Assembly: GCA_030765485.1 (NCBI GenBank)
Contig: JAVCCR010000031.1
Location: forward strand, 17,359 to 81,358
From: Candidatus Gygaella obscura
Lineage (GTDB): Bacteria; Omnitrophota; Gorgyraeia; Gygaellales; Gygaellaceae
Direction of reading: 5' to 3'
DNA: 64,000 nucleotides
Shown: positions 49,138 to 57,518 of the stretch, in pieces
Numbering within the stretch: the stretch's first letter is position 1
Layout: every line of letters starts with the position of its first letter
Notes under the pieces: generated by a model
Databases searched by the model: none
Seen by the model: the letters and a program-made list of their open reading frames with translations, nothing else
What the model was told of the DNA's origin: nothing
Position numbers and translations under genes: made by a program

Positions 49138-49818
49138 ATGCGCAAAAACAAAAGGCTTATCAGTATCGTTGTTTTGGTTTTTTTAGTTTTTGTAATTTTA
49201 TTTTCCAGTATCTATCTAGATATAGATAAGACAAAGATAGATAATTTCCTTTCTTCTTACCCCGGTTATCTTCAGTGGGTTTTATTTGTATTTTTGTATT
49301 CTGTGGTCGCTTATTTTATCTGGGTGATAAAAGATCCATTAAAAATCATCGCTGCTGTAATTTTTGGCGTATATATAAGTAGTTTACTTATATGGATAGC
49401 TGAGATAATCAATTGTTTTTTATTGTTTTTTACCTCCAGGATATTAATTCGAGGTTCTTTTTCACAGCGGTTTAAATCTAAATGGGTCAGTGTGCTAGAT
49501 AATAGGATTAAGAATTTAAGCCCGAGTTGGATTTTTCTTCTTAGGTTTGTTCCGTTAATTCCTTACAGGGTTTTAGATACGACGTTTGGTTTTACCAAGA
49601 TTAGTTTTAAAAAATACCTATTCATTATTATAATTGCTTCTCCGGTTAGGATATTCTGGGTTCAATATATAATCAGCGCAGTAGGTGCAAATATTTTGAA
49701 GAATCCCAAAGCTATAGCCAGGTATTTTAATACTGATCCGTTGTTGATGGTTTTAAGCTCTGTGTATTTTATTTTAATGTTGGTAGTTATTTTTAAGCTG
49801 AAGAGAAAAGCTAGATAG
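49138..49818 (+). CDS. VTT-domain (TVP38/DedA-like) membrane protein
   Basis: AAVIFG, IFLLRFVPLIPY, FGFTKISFKKY, multiple TM helices. Confidence 0.75.
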   Translation: MRKNKRLISIVVLVFLVFVILFSSIYLDIDKTKIDNFLSSYPGYLQWVLFVFLYSVVAYFIWVIKDPLKIIAAVIFGVYISSLLIWIAEIINCFLLFFTSRILIRGSFSQRFKSKWVSVLDNRIKNLSPSWIFLLRFVPLIPYRVLDTTFGFTKISFKKYLFIIIIASPVRIFWVQYIISAVGANILKNPKAIARYFNTDPLLMVLSSVYFILMLVVIFKLKRKAR

Positions 49819-50833
49819 TTCTTTGCAGGGCAAGGTAGACGATTTTATTGATCAGCTGTTCGTAACTTACGCCGGTTTTTTCAGCAGCCTGGGCTACTTC
49901 ATCAATATAGGCAAGGCATGGGTTTGCATTAGGTTCTAGGATATAAATTATTCCTTTATCAGGTGTAATCCTTATATCAAATCTGGCATAACTTTGAAAT
50001 TCCAAAGCCCTGTACGCACGCTTACAGACTTCCTCGATTTTTTTAGCCATTCCATTGGGCAGTTTTCCAGCATAGACGCTTTTTATTCCCCATTTATCGC
50101 GGTATTTGTCATCCCATTTTGCTTTATATGTGGCGATTCTAGGTTCATCTTCGGGCAGCTCTCCGAATTTTAACTCTCGAGCAGGCAAGACTGTTAATCT
50201 TTTATTGCCGATGACAGTTACGTATAGTTCTCTGCCATCAACATATTCCTCGGCTATGGCATCCATGGACATGCTTTCATGGATAAATTTTATTCTTTCA
50301 ATCAAAGAGTCTTCATTATCCACTATGGAACTTTGTGCAATACCTCGGGAAGCTTCTTCGCACAGAGGTTTTATTACAAGAGGAAGCTTCAGGTATTTAG
50401 GGAGCCAAACCTTATGGTTTCTTTTAAAAGTATAGAATCTAGGTACACGCAAACGGTGGAACCTAAGAATTTTTTTACTTAGCGCTTTGTTGTTGCAGAT
50501 AAACAACACTCCTGAGGAAGCCCCAGTATAAGGGATTTCCAGTATTTCTAAAAGTGACGCAACATTTTTGTCCAGATAGGTCTTATTATTAAATACTTCA
50601 GTAAGGTTAAATACTAAATCTGGTTTGAAATCTTTGATTTCTTCTAAAAGTGCGTTTATGTCATTAAATAGACCCAGTAATCTTACTTCATGGCCGTTTT
50701 TAATCAGGGCCTGATATACGTCGCGTTCGGTATACCAGTTTTCTTCATCTTTAAATTCTTTGTCAAAGGAGTATTCTTTGGGTGTAAAGTATGGAGTATC
50801 GAAAAGTAAGATGATTTTTAGTTTCTTTTTCAT
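49811..50833 (-). CDS. D-Ala-D-Ala ligase-like ATP-grasp enzyme
   Basis: LVFNLTE, IPYTGA, NKALSKKIL, VIKP...SRGI, EEYVDGRE, YARFDIR, LEPNANP. Confidence 0.85.
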   Translation of the reverse strand: MKKKLKIILLFDTPYFTPKEYSFDKEFKDEENWYTERDVYQALIKNGHEVRLLGLFNDINALLEEIKDFKPDLVFNLTEVFNNKTYLDKNVASLLEILEIPYTGASSGVLFICNNKALSKKILRFHRLRVPRFYTFKRNHKVWLPKYLKLPLVIKPLCEEASRGIAQSSIVDNEDSLIERIKFIHESMSMDAIAEEYVDGRELYVTVIGNKRLTVLPARELKFGELPEDEPRIATYKAKWDDKYRDKWGIKSVYAGKLPNGMAKKIEEVCKRAYRALEFQSYARFDIRITPDKGIIYILEPNANPCLAYIDEVAQAAEKTGVSYEQLINKIVYLALQRTI

Positions 50834-51840
50834 TTTCTGGTTTTTAAACGCCCGGTATGTAGATAGTTCATTACTAAAGTTGTTATATAGGCGGTAATCT
50901 TTGAAATAATCGTGGTTTCGTCTTTACTGCTAACAAGTTTTAACTTCTTGCAGCGGGATTTTATATTTTTTAATACATCGTTTATGATATATTTTTTTTC
51001 ACCTGTCCAGGCAGAGACATTATTTAGGATTTCTTTTTTGTAGCGATTAATTATATCATATGCCTTGGGAAGTTTTTGGGTTTCTTCAGTATAGGCAGTA
51101 AATATCTTGGATAGATTTGTATCATGAAAGTCAGGGAAGTCCTCTAAACTGAAGTTTTTTCTTTTCTTGTAGTAATTTTTTAAGGTTGATTTTATTCTTG
51201 AAGCCTGCCAGTATTTTTTTCCCTTTTTAACCAATGCAGGATGTTTTTTTATTTTGTTCATCAGAGAATCCATATACTCAAGCTTTTTTAAGGCTTTCCA
51301 GTTTTTGTATCTATTTTGCCAATTCGAATCTGGAGTAAGCCATACGGCAAATGTTTCTGCAAAGTCTTCATCAGGGTGGTACTGTGCATAATAATCTTCC
51401 AAATGTCTTACGAATGCTTTACTGTAAGGTCTGAATCGGTATGTATCGGCGTAGGTTGCAGAAGGACTACCGAAAACTTTTTTCCATTTTGGCTTTTTGA
51501 AGAGCTGATAAGCATAATTTATGGCATGTCCTGTTTCATGGCGAAGTAGTTTCATACACCATTCTTTTGTGCCGCCTTCGACTTCTAGCATCATTTTTTT
51601 TTCTAGTCTCATAAGGGCTTCATCAGCCAGATAAAAGGGGATACCGATTATGGGTTCTCCTTCAGGGGTAAGCCATTCGTCTGCTAAGTAACAACTGGGA
51701 CGAAATAACAGGTTTTTTAGTTGAAGCTCTTCATAAAGCTTATTGATGCATTCAGACAGCCAGGTATTTTCAATTTTTACCGGTAGATCCCTAATTCTTA
51801 GATCCAGTATTTGTTCTTCGTTAAGATTTGATAGGTTCAT
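50830..51840 (-). CDS. Putative zinc-binding metallopeptidase (zincin)
   Basis: LLRHETGHA (HExxH) and downstream YAQYHPDEDFAETFAVWL. 4-bp ATGA overlap with the ATP-grasp gene. Confidence 0.82.
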   Translation of the reverse strand: MNLSNLNEEQILDLRIRDLPVKIENTWLSECINKLYEELQLKNLLFRPSCYLADEWLTPEGEPIIGIPFYLADEALMRLEKKMMLEVEGGTKEWCMKLLRHETGHAINYAYQLFKKPKWKKVFGSPSATYADTYRFRPYSKAFVRHLEDYYAQYHPDEDFAETFAVWLTPDSNWQNRYKNWKALKKLEYMDSLMNKIKKHPALVKKGKKYWQASRIKSTLKNYYKKRKNFSLEDFPDFHDTNLSKIFTAYTEETQKLPKAYDIINRYKKEILNNVSAWTGEKKYIINDVLKNIKSRCKKLKLVSSKDETTIISKITAYITTLVMNYLHTGRLKTRK

Positions 51841-51957
51841 AGTGTTTTAGTTATAAGTAGTTGCTTTAGGTTATATTCTAACAAATTCACTCAAAAATTC
51901 TATTAAAATTATAAAACAATAGTATAATAGTTTTAAGGTATAACAAAAGGAGGGGAT

Positions 51958-52320
51958 ATGTTTGCTAATATTATTGGATGGCTTTTAATCATATGGGGGA
52001 TACTTTTTATTATGAAGCCGGAATTTTTAAGAAAAAAGCTTCAGAAAAAAAGCCAGAAAACCATTAAAAAAATAATTCTGGGGATTACAGTTTCGTTTTC
52101 AGTGCTTATCATTATTGCCGCTTTTAAGACAGAAGGCATGGTTTCTAAGATTTTAGCTGTTTTGGCTATTATTGCCGTTATCAAGGCATTTTTGATGGTT
52201 AAATCAAAGGTTTCGGATAAACTTATCGAGTGGTATATGAAACTGTCGGTTAAGGTATTGGTTTTAGGCGGTGCAATGCAGGTTTTAATAGGCGTATCAA
52301 TTTTGGTAGTTAATAAATAA
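51958..52320 (+). CDS. Hypothetical membrane protein ('gene A')
   Basis: AAGGAGG SD, four hydrophobic segments. Confidence 0.75.
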   Translation: MFANIIGWLLIIWGILFIMKPEFLRKKLQKKSQKTIKKIILGITVSFSVLIIIAAFKTEGMVSKILAVLAIIAVIKAFLMVKSKVSDKLIEWYMKLSVKVLVLGGAMQVLIGVSILVVNK

Positions 52321-52357
52321 AGTCTATGAGAAGATTTGTTATTGTTAGTTTAATAGT
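52216..52357 (+). repeat. Direct repeat copy 1 (142 bp): 3' end of gene A plus the first codons of the DUF481 gene
   Basis: Manual alignment to 53704-53845 gives 132/142 identities with no gaps. Confidence 0.95.
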
Positions 52358-52394
52358 CACGATTAGTTTAATGATTTTTAATATGTTTAATTAA
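52326..52394 (+). pseudogene. Truncated 5' remnant of the DUF481 gene (MRRFVIVSL...; 22 codons)
   Basis: The first 9 codons are identical to those of 53814. The sequence then becomes unrelated and stops at TAA 52392-52394. Confidence 0.7.
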
Positions 52395-52408
52395 GTTATG
52401 GAGCAGTG

Positions 52409-53653
52409 ATGAAAAAAATTATTTTATTTATATTTTTTCATTTTTTATATTCTTTTTCTTTTGCCCAAGAGGTTGAGGAAATCCGCATTGTTACTTATTA
52501 TCCAGCCCCTTACGGAAGTTATACTGAGTTGACTACTGAGCGAATGAAGATCGGTCCGACTTTTTCTCAGAGTGGTACAACTGTTGGTGACGGTAATTTA
52601 ATTGTAGAAAATAATGTTGCAATAGGCACGGATACGCCAATTAGTGGAGTACCAGGATCAGATAAGATTTTGACGATTGGTGGCACAAACCCGACACTAA
52701 GGTTTGATGATTTAGATGTAGGTGATAATGATATGGAAATACACGTACAAAACGGAGAGATGGGTTTTTATGAGCTAAGTACTTTAAGAATGATGTTAAA
52801 AGGGGGCTATTTGGGAATTGGTACGGATTCTCCTTCTGACAAATTGACTGTAGAAGAAGGAGTTATTAATATAAGGTCAGCAGGTGGTGCTTTGAAATTT
52901 ACAGATACCAATGAAAATGATGCAGGGCAAATTAGGTTAGCTACGCTATCGGTAAAAGGGCTAGAATTTTTGGTTGATTCAAATGGTGATAAGATAGCAG
53001 AACTTATTGCGATGAATATAGATCCTGACGGTAATGTGGGTATTGGTACAACTAACCCGGAAGCAAAGTTACATATTTTAGACACTAGCGATGGTTCTTC
53101 CGGAGGTTCGGCGCCAGCTGGTTCGGATAGATTGGTTATAGAAGGAGGGTTTAACGCCTATATCAATGAGATTTCCCATCCCAATGCATGGGGAGGAATT
53201 CTCTTTTCCGATGATGTTAGGGGAAGAGGATCAATTAAATATGGACACTTTAACGATGTGCTTGAGATTAACGTTGCCGGTTCATCGGCGATGTCCATTG
53301 ATAAAAGCGGTAATATCACGGGAACTTATGGAAGTTATCATGTCGCTTCGGATGAGCGGTTAAAGAAAGATATTACTACGATTCAGGATGCATTGGATAA
53401 AGTTTTAAGTTTGAGGGGTGTGAATTTTCACTGGAAAGATTCTAATTTAAATCAAGGTAAATTGCGTATGGGGTTAGTTGCACAAGAGGTTGAAAAAGTT
53501 GTTCCCGAGGTTGTTCATACTGTAGATGATGAAATGCAGACAAAGGCAGTTGAATATCAATATTTGGTTGGTTTATTGATAGAAGCAATTAAAGATCAGC
53601 AGAAGCAGATAAATAATTTAAAAACAGAAGTTGAAATACTTAAGAATAATTAA
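52409..53653 (+). CDS. Exported tail-fibre-like protein with C-terminal peptidase S74 (intramolecular chaperone) domain
   Basis: Signal peptide (..SFSFA-QE), TYYPAPYGSY motif, three GNVGIGT-type repeats, SDERLKKDI, GLVAQEVEKVVPEVV, C-terminal coiled coil. Confidence 0.88.
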   Translation: MKKIILFIFFHFLYSFSFAQEVEEIRIVTYYPAPYGSYTELTTERMKIGPTFSQSGTTVGDGNLIVENNVAIGTDTPISGVPGSDKILTIGGTNPTLRFDDLDVGDNDMEIHVQNGEMGFYELSTLRMMLKGGYLGIGTDSPSDKLTVEEGVINIRSAGGALKFTDTNENDAGQIRLATLSVKGLEFLVDSNGDKIAELIAMNIDPDGNVGIGTTNPEAKLHILDTSDGSSGGSAPAGSDRLVIEGGFNAYINEISHPNAWGGILFSDDVRGRGSIKYGHFNDVLEINVAGSSAMSIDKSGNITGTYGSYHVASDERLKKDITTIQDALDKVLSLRGVNFHWKDSNLNQGKLRMGLVAQEVEKVVPEVVHTVDDEMQTKAVEYQYLVGLLIEAIKDQQKQINNLKTEVEILKNN

Positions 53654-53664
53654 TAAAAAACAAT

Positions 53665-53808
53665 ATGAAAAAAATACTTAACTGGCAGTTTCATATACCA
53701 CTCGATAAGTTTATCGAGTGGTATATGAAGTTACCGGTTAAGGTTTTGGTTTTAGGTGGTGCAATGCAGGTTTTAATAAGCGTATCAATTTTGGTAGTTA
53801 ATAAATAA
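53665..53808 (+). other. Chimeric 47-aa ORF at a rearrangement junction (below the ORF-track cutoff)
   Basis: MKKILNWQ (N-terminus of the 54731 gene) + FHIPL (inverted gene A sequence) + DKFIEWYMKLPVKVLVLGGAMQVLISVSILVVNK* (C-terminus of gene A). Confidence 0.7.
53677..53742. repeat. Long inverted repeat (fold-back palindrome)
   Basis: Perfect 19-bp arms TTCATATACCACTCGATAA / TTATCGAGTGGTATATGAA (53690-53729) around a 2-nt GT centre. Extends to 32-bp arms with three G-T pairs and one mismatch. Confidence 0.95.
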
Positions 53809-53845
53809 AGTCTATGAGAAGATTTGTTATTGTTAGTTTATTAGT
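53704..53845 (+). repeat. Direct repeat copy 2 (142 bp)
   Basis: Matches 52216-52357 and includes the real start of the DUF481 gene. Confidence 0.95.
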
Positions 53846-54719
53846 TTTAGTTTTAGCAAGCATTTGTTTTGCTCAAGATATTTCAAAGGTCGTACTGGAT
53901 AATGGCGATATTATAAATGCAAAGATCGTTCAAGAGAATAAAGATAGCATAACTATAGAAAGCGATATCTTAGGCAGACTTTATATTGAGAAGAAACATG
54001 TTAAAGATATCGTTTTTTTAGGGCAAGATGGGGTCAAGGAAAAGCCTCAGAAATCAGCAAAAGACTCTTTGTGGAAGAAAGAAATTTCTTTGGGTTTAAA
54101 TAAAGTTAGTGGCAATACGAGAAGCTCTAAGACGAACAGTTCAATATTTTTAAACAGAAAAACTTCTACTGATGAGTTTACCATCAAAGCCAATACTCTT
54201 TACGGCTCATCCAGCAATAAGATGGATACGCAGAAATGGTATACGATGCTGCGTTATGCCTTTAGTTTCAAAGATAAAAGGTGGTACAACTTTTATAAGC
54301 TTGAAAGCGATCACGATAGGTTTACGAATATAGATTATAGAATTACTCCGACAACCGGATTAGGTTATTGGTTTAGTGATGCAGATAATTTTAAGGCAAT
54401 GGTAGAATTAGGTGTAGGTTGTGAACACACAAGCTTCAGGGATAATACAAAAAATAAGAATGAGGCGATTTTGATTCCCCGTGCATTTTTAGAAAAGCAG
54501 CTTTTTGATAAGTTAAGGTTTTCCCAGGAATTAGTATTATACCCAAAGCTTGAGAATGCCGGAGACTTCAGGCTGCATTCTGAGAGTGTAGTTAAAAATT
54601 ATATAGATGAGAATTCATTCATCGCCTTAAGTTTTATAGATGATTATAATTCAAAACCCGATAGCAATACAAAAAAGAACGATTCTCGGTTTATGACTAG
54701 TTTAAATTATGAGTTTTAG
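53814..54719 (+). CDS. DUF481-like outer-membrane beta-barrel protein ('gene B')
   Basis: Signal peptide, VVLDNGDII N-domain, SGNT, HDRF..IDYR, GLGYWF, C-terminal LNYEF barrel signal. Confidence 0.8.
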   Translation: MRRFVIVSLLVLVLASICFAQDISKVVLDNGDIINAKIVQENKDSITIESDILGRLYIEKKHVKDIVFLGQDGVKEKPQKSAKDSLWKKEISLGLNKVSGNTRSSKTNSSIFLNRKTSTDEFTIKANTLYGSSSNKMDTQKWYTMLRYAFSFKDKRWYNFYKLESDHDRFTNIDYRITPTTGLGYWFSDADNFKAMVELGVGCEHTSFRDNTKNKNEAILIPRAFLEKQLFDKLRFSQELVLYPKLENAGDFRLHSESVVKNYIDENSFIALSFIDDYNSKPDSNTKKNDSRFMTSLNYEF

Positions 54720-54730
54720 GAGTCAAAATA

Positions 54731-55474
54731 ATGAAGAAAATTCTTAATTGGCAGCTTATTTTAGGATTATTATTGATTGCGCTTTCTGCAGGAGTTTATT
54801 ATCTTCATTTTTTGATCTTTAGAGACATTCACCATATATTTATATATCTTGTGGGAGATATTGCTTTTGTATTCTTTGAGGTTTTGCTGGTTACTTTAGT
54901 GTTACATAACCTGCTGCATTTTCGTGAAAAGAGGTCTCTTTTAAAAAAACTTAACATGGTAATAGGTTCTTTTTTCACTGAATTGGGCACCGATTTATTA
55001 AAGACTTTTTCCGAGTTTGATCATAATAGCAAGATATTAGCAAAGGCGTTGATTGTTTCTGATAAATGGCTTGAAAAAGATTTTATAAGAGTGTGCAGGT
55101 TGGTAAAAAGACATACAAGTGATTTAAATATAAACAAAGATAGCCTTAATTCATTAAAAGAGTTCTTGAATAGGAAAAGAGATTTTCTGTTAAGTTTATT
55201 AGGTAATTCTAATCTCCTAGAACATGAGTCTTTTACCGATTTATTATGGGCGGTTTTTCATCTTACAGAAGAACTTTCTTACCGGGTTGATTTTAAACAG
55301 TTGCCCCAGACAGATATAGAGCACTTAACTAATGATGTGAAGCGGGTCTACGCACAGCTTTTGTCCGAATGGATTATGTACATGGCTCATTTAAAGAATA
55401 ATTATCCATATTTATTTTCATTGGCTTTAAGGACTAATCCTTTTGATAAAGAAGTTTCTGTTGTTGTAGCATAG
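54731..55474 (+). CDS. Conserved hypothetical membrane protein ('gene C')
   Basis: Two N-terminal TM segments. Motifs KKLNMVIGSFFTELG, LLEHESFTDLLWAVFHLTEEL, YPYLFSLALRTNPFD. Confidence 0.8.
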   Translation: MKKILNWQLILGLLLIALSAGVYYLHFLIFRDIHHIFIYLVGDIAFVFFEVLLVTLVLHNLLHFREKRSLLKKLNMVIGSFFTELGTDLLKTFSEFDHNSKILAKALIVSDKWLEKDFIRVCRLVKRHTSDLNINKDSLNSLKEFLNRKRDFLLSLLGNSNLLEHESFTDLLWAVFHLTEELSYRVDFKQLPQTDIEHLTNDVKRVYAQLLSEWIMYMAHLKNNYPYLFSLALRTNPFDKEVSVVVA

Positions 55475-55493
55475 GCAGGCTATAAAAACATCC

Positions 55494-55522
55494 TTTACAG
55501 TTGCGGGAAAATCTGGTAATAT
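55494..55522 (+). promoter_or_regulatory. sigma70-type promoter for tRNA-Lys-archease-DUF4139-rtcB-serS
   Basis: TTTACA, 17 nt, TAATAT with extended -10 TGG. Confidence 0.6.
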
Positions 55523-55568
55523 TTATTTTTGTTTGCAACCATTGGTAAATAAACAAGAAGTAGATTTC

Positions 55569-55641
55569 GGGCCGTTAGCTCAATTGGTAGAGCGGCAGAC
55601 TCTTAATCTGTAGGTTGCAGGTTCGATTCCTGCACGGCTCA
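55569..55641 (+). tRNA. tRNA-Lys(CUU)
   Basis: Acceptor GGGCCGT/ACGGCTC, anticodon arm GCAGA-CTCTTAA-TCTGT, T-loop TTCGATT. Confidence 0.95.
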
Positions 55642-55655
55642 TAAATTTAATAATA

Positions 55656-56075
55656 GTGAAGGCCAATATATACGAGTTAATCAGTCATACTGCAGATATT
55701 GGTATCAGGTTAAAGGCCAACTCTTTAGAAGACGTTTTTTGTAGTGCTGCCAGTGCCATGTTTGATATCATGGCAAAAACAAAATCTCCTGTCAAAATAA
55801 AACAATCCTTAGATATAAATTTAACTGCTGATTCTTATGAGGATCTTCTTGTCTATTGGTTGAATGAATTGCTTTCACTTTCACAGGTCAAGCAGCTTGT
55901 TTTTAGTGGATTTGTTATTAAGGAACTTAAAAAAAATAAGCTCAAAGCTGTTGTAGAGGGGAGAGCTTTAAATAGTTATACAATAAATACAGAGATTAAG
56001 GCAGCGACGTTTCATGGTTTGAAGTTAACTCAGATTAAAGGTAGTTGGCAGTTAGAATTAATTTTTGATGTATAA
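55656..56075 (+). CDS. Archease
   Basis: YELISHTADIG, WLNELL, EIKAATFH, C-terminal IFDV. Confidence 0.93.
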   Translation: MKANIYELISHTADIGIRLKANSLEDVFCSAASAMFDIMAKTKSPVKIKQSLDINLTADSYEDLLVYWLNELLSLSQVKQLVFSGFVIKELKKNKLKAVVEGRALNSYTINTEIKAATFHGLKLTQIKGSWQLELIFDV

Positions 56076-56093
56076 GGAAAAAAGGAGACAGAA

Positions 56094-57509
56094 ATGAAAA
56101 AGATTTTTTTGGGCCTCGTAGGGTTAATTTTTTTATATAGCATAAATTTATTTGCCAGCGAACAGCAGGCTGTTGAATTAACCGTCTACAACCAGAATTT
56201 TGCATTGGTTAAAGATAAAAGATCGCTAGAGTTAAAAAAAGGAATTAACGATATTAGATTTTCAGATGTAGCTTCCTATATTGAACCGGAATCAGTTCAT
56301 TTTAAATCTTTAACTGATCCTTTAGGATGTCTTATTCAGGAGCAAAACTATGAGTATGATTTGGTAAGCGCGGATAAGCTGCTTAAAAAATATATTGATA
56401 ATAGTATTAAGCTTTTAACTGAAAACGGCAAGCTTTATGAGGGAAAATTATTAAGTTACGATGGTAACAATATTGTTATTGTTGATAGTACAGGAATTAA
56501 TATGGTAACACGTAAAGATAATATTATTAATATTGCTTTTCCTGAGCTTCCTGAGGGGTTGATTACAAAGCCGACTTTGATGTGGCAGATTAAAAATAGA
56601 AAAAGTGGAAAGCATTTAATCGAAGTGTCATATTTAACTAAAAATATAAGATGGAATGCTGATTATGTAGTGGTGGTTGATAAACTGGATAAAAAGATAG
56701 ACTTATCCGGTTGGGTTACGATTGATAACAGAAGTGGTGCAACCTATAAGGATGCAAGGTTAAAGCTTATTGCAGGTGATGTTAATCGTGTGCAGGAAAA
56801 TTTTATAGGAGGTAGTGTTCAAAAAAGTTTTGCCGCAAGAGAAATGGTGGATGATGAACAGTTTTCAGAAAAAGCATTTTTTGAATATCATATGTATACT
56901 TTAGAGCGCTCAACTACCGTCAAAAATAATCAGACTAAGCAGGTTTCTTTATTATCAGCCGAATCTGTGCCTGTACAGAAGTTGTTTGTTTATGACCCGG
57001 TTGATTACTATGGTTGGAGGTGGTTTGATTATGACAATTCTTCTTCCAAGAAGCAAAAAATAAAAGTAAAGTTAGAATTTAAAAACAGCAAAAAAGATAA
57101 TTTGGGTATGCCTTTACCTAAAGGCAAAGTTAAGGTTTATAAGAAAGATACGGATGAGAGTTTGCAGTTTATTGGCGAGAATATGATTGACCATACGCCC
57201 AAGGATGAAAAAATCCGACTTTATTTAGGTGATGCTTTTGATGTTGTCGGGGAGCGTAAAAAAATGAATTACCGCGAAGATCATAAAGCCCGATGGTCAG
57301 AGGAGACTTTTGAGATTTCATTGCGTAACCACAAGGATACGGATATTGTAGTTAATGTTATTGAGCATCTCTGGAGATATACGAATTGGAAAATAATCAG
57401 TAAAACCCATGAGTTTGAAAAAAAAGACGCCCAGACAATTCAGTTTAATGTCCCTGTAAAAAAAGATTCAGAGGTAAAGTTGGAATATGTTGTAAGATAC
57501 AGATGGTGA
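56094..57509 (+). CDS. DUF4139 domain exported protein
   Basis: Signal peptide, LTVYNQNFALVKD, EQNYEYDL, SYLT..WNADY, LIAGDVNR, PLPKGKV, IDHTPKDE. Confidence 0.85.
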   Translation: MKKIFLGLVGLIFLYSINLFASEQQAVELTVYNQNFALVKDKRSLELKKGINDIRFSDVASYIEPESVHFKSLTDPLGCLIQEQNYEYDLVSADKLLKKYIDNSIKLLTENGKLYEGKLLSYDGNNIVIVDSTGINMVTRKDNIINIAFPELPEGLITKPTLMWQIKNRKSGKHLIEVSYLTKNIRWNADYVVVVDKLDKKIDLSGWVTIDNRSGATYKDARLKLIAGDVNRVQENFIGGSVQKSFAAREMVDDEQFSEKAFFEYHMYTLERSTTVKNNQTKQVSLLSAESVPVQKLFVYDPVDYYGWRWFDYDNSSSKKQKIKVKLEFKNSKKDNLGMPLPKGKVKVYKKDTDESLQFIGENMIDHTPKDEKIRLYLGDAFDVVGERKKMNYREDHKARWSEETFEISLRNHKDTDIVVNVIEHLWRYTNWKIISKTHEFEKKDAQTIQFNVPVKKDSEVKLEYVVRYRW

Positions 57510-57518
57510 TTGCTTATT

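Noticed and set aside
52409-53653. Prophage remnant or diversity-generating retroelement at the fibre gene
   Set aside because: There are no other phage genes and no reverse transcriptase. The repeat differences are not adenine-specific and the repeats lie outside the fibre CDS.
48278-55633. Identical 20-mer GTTGCAGGTTCGATTCCTGC at both ends of the accessory stretch (48278-48297, 55614-55633) as possible attL/attR
   Set aside because: Both copies are T-arms of complete, different tRNAs, a near-identical copy is in tRNA-Arg(ACG), and no integrase is present.
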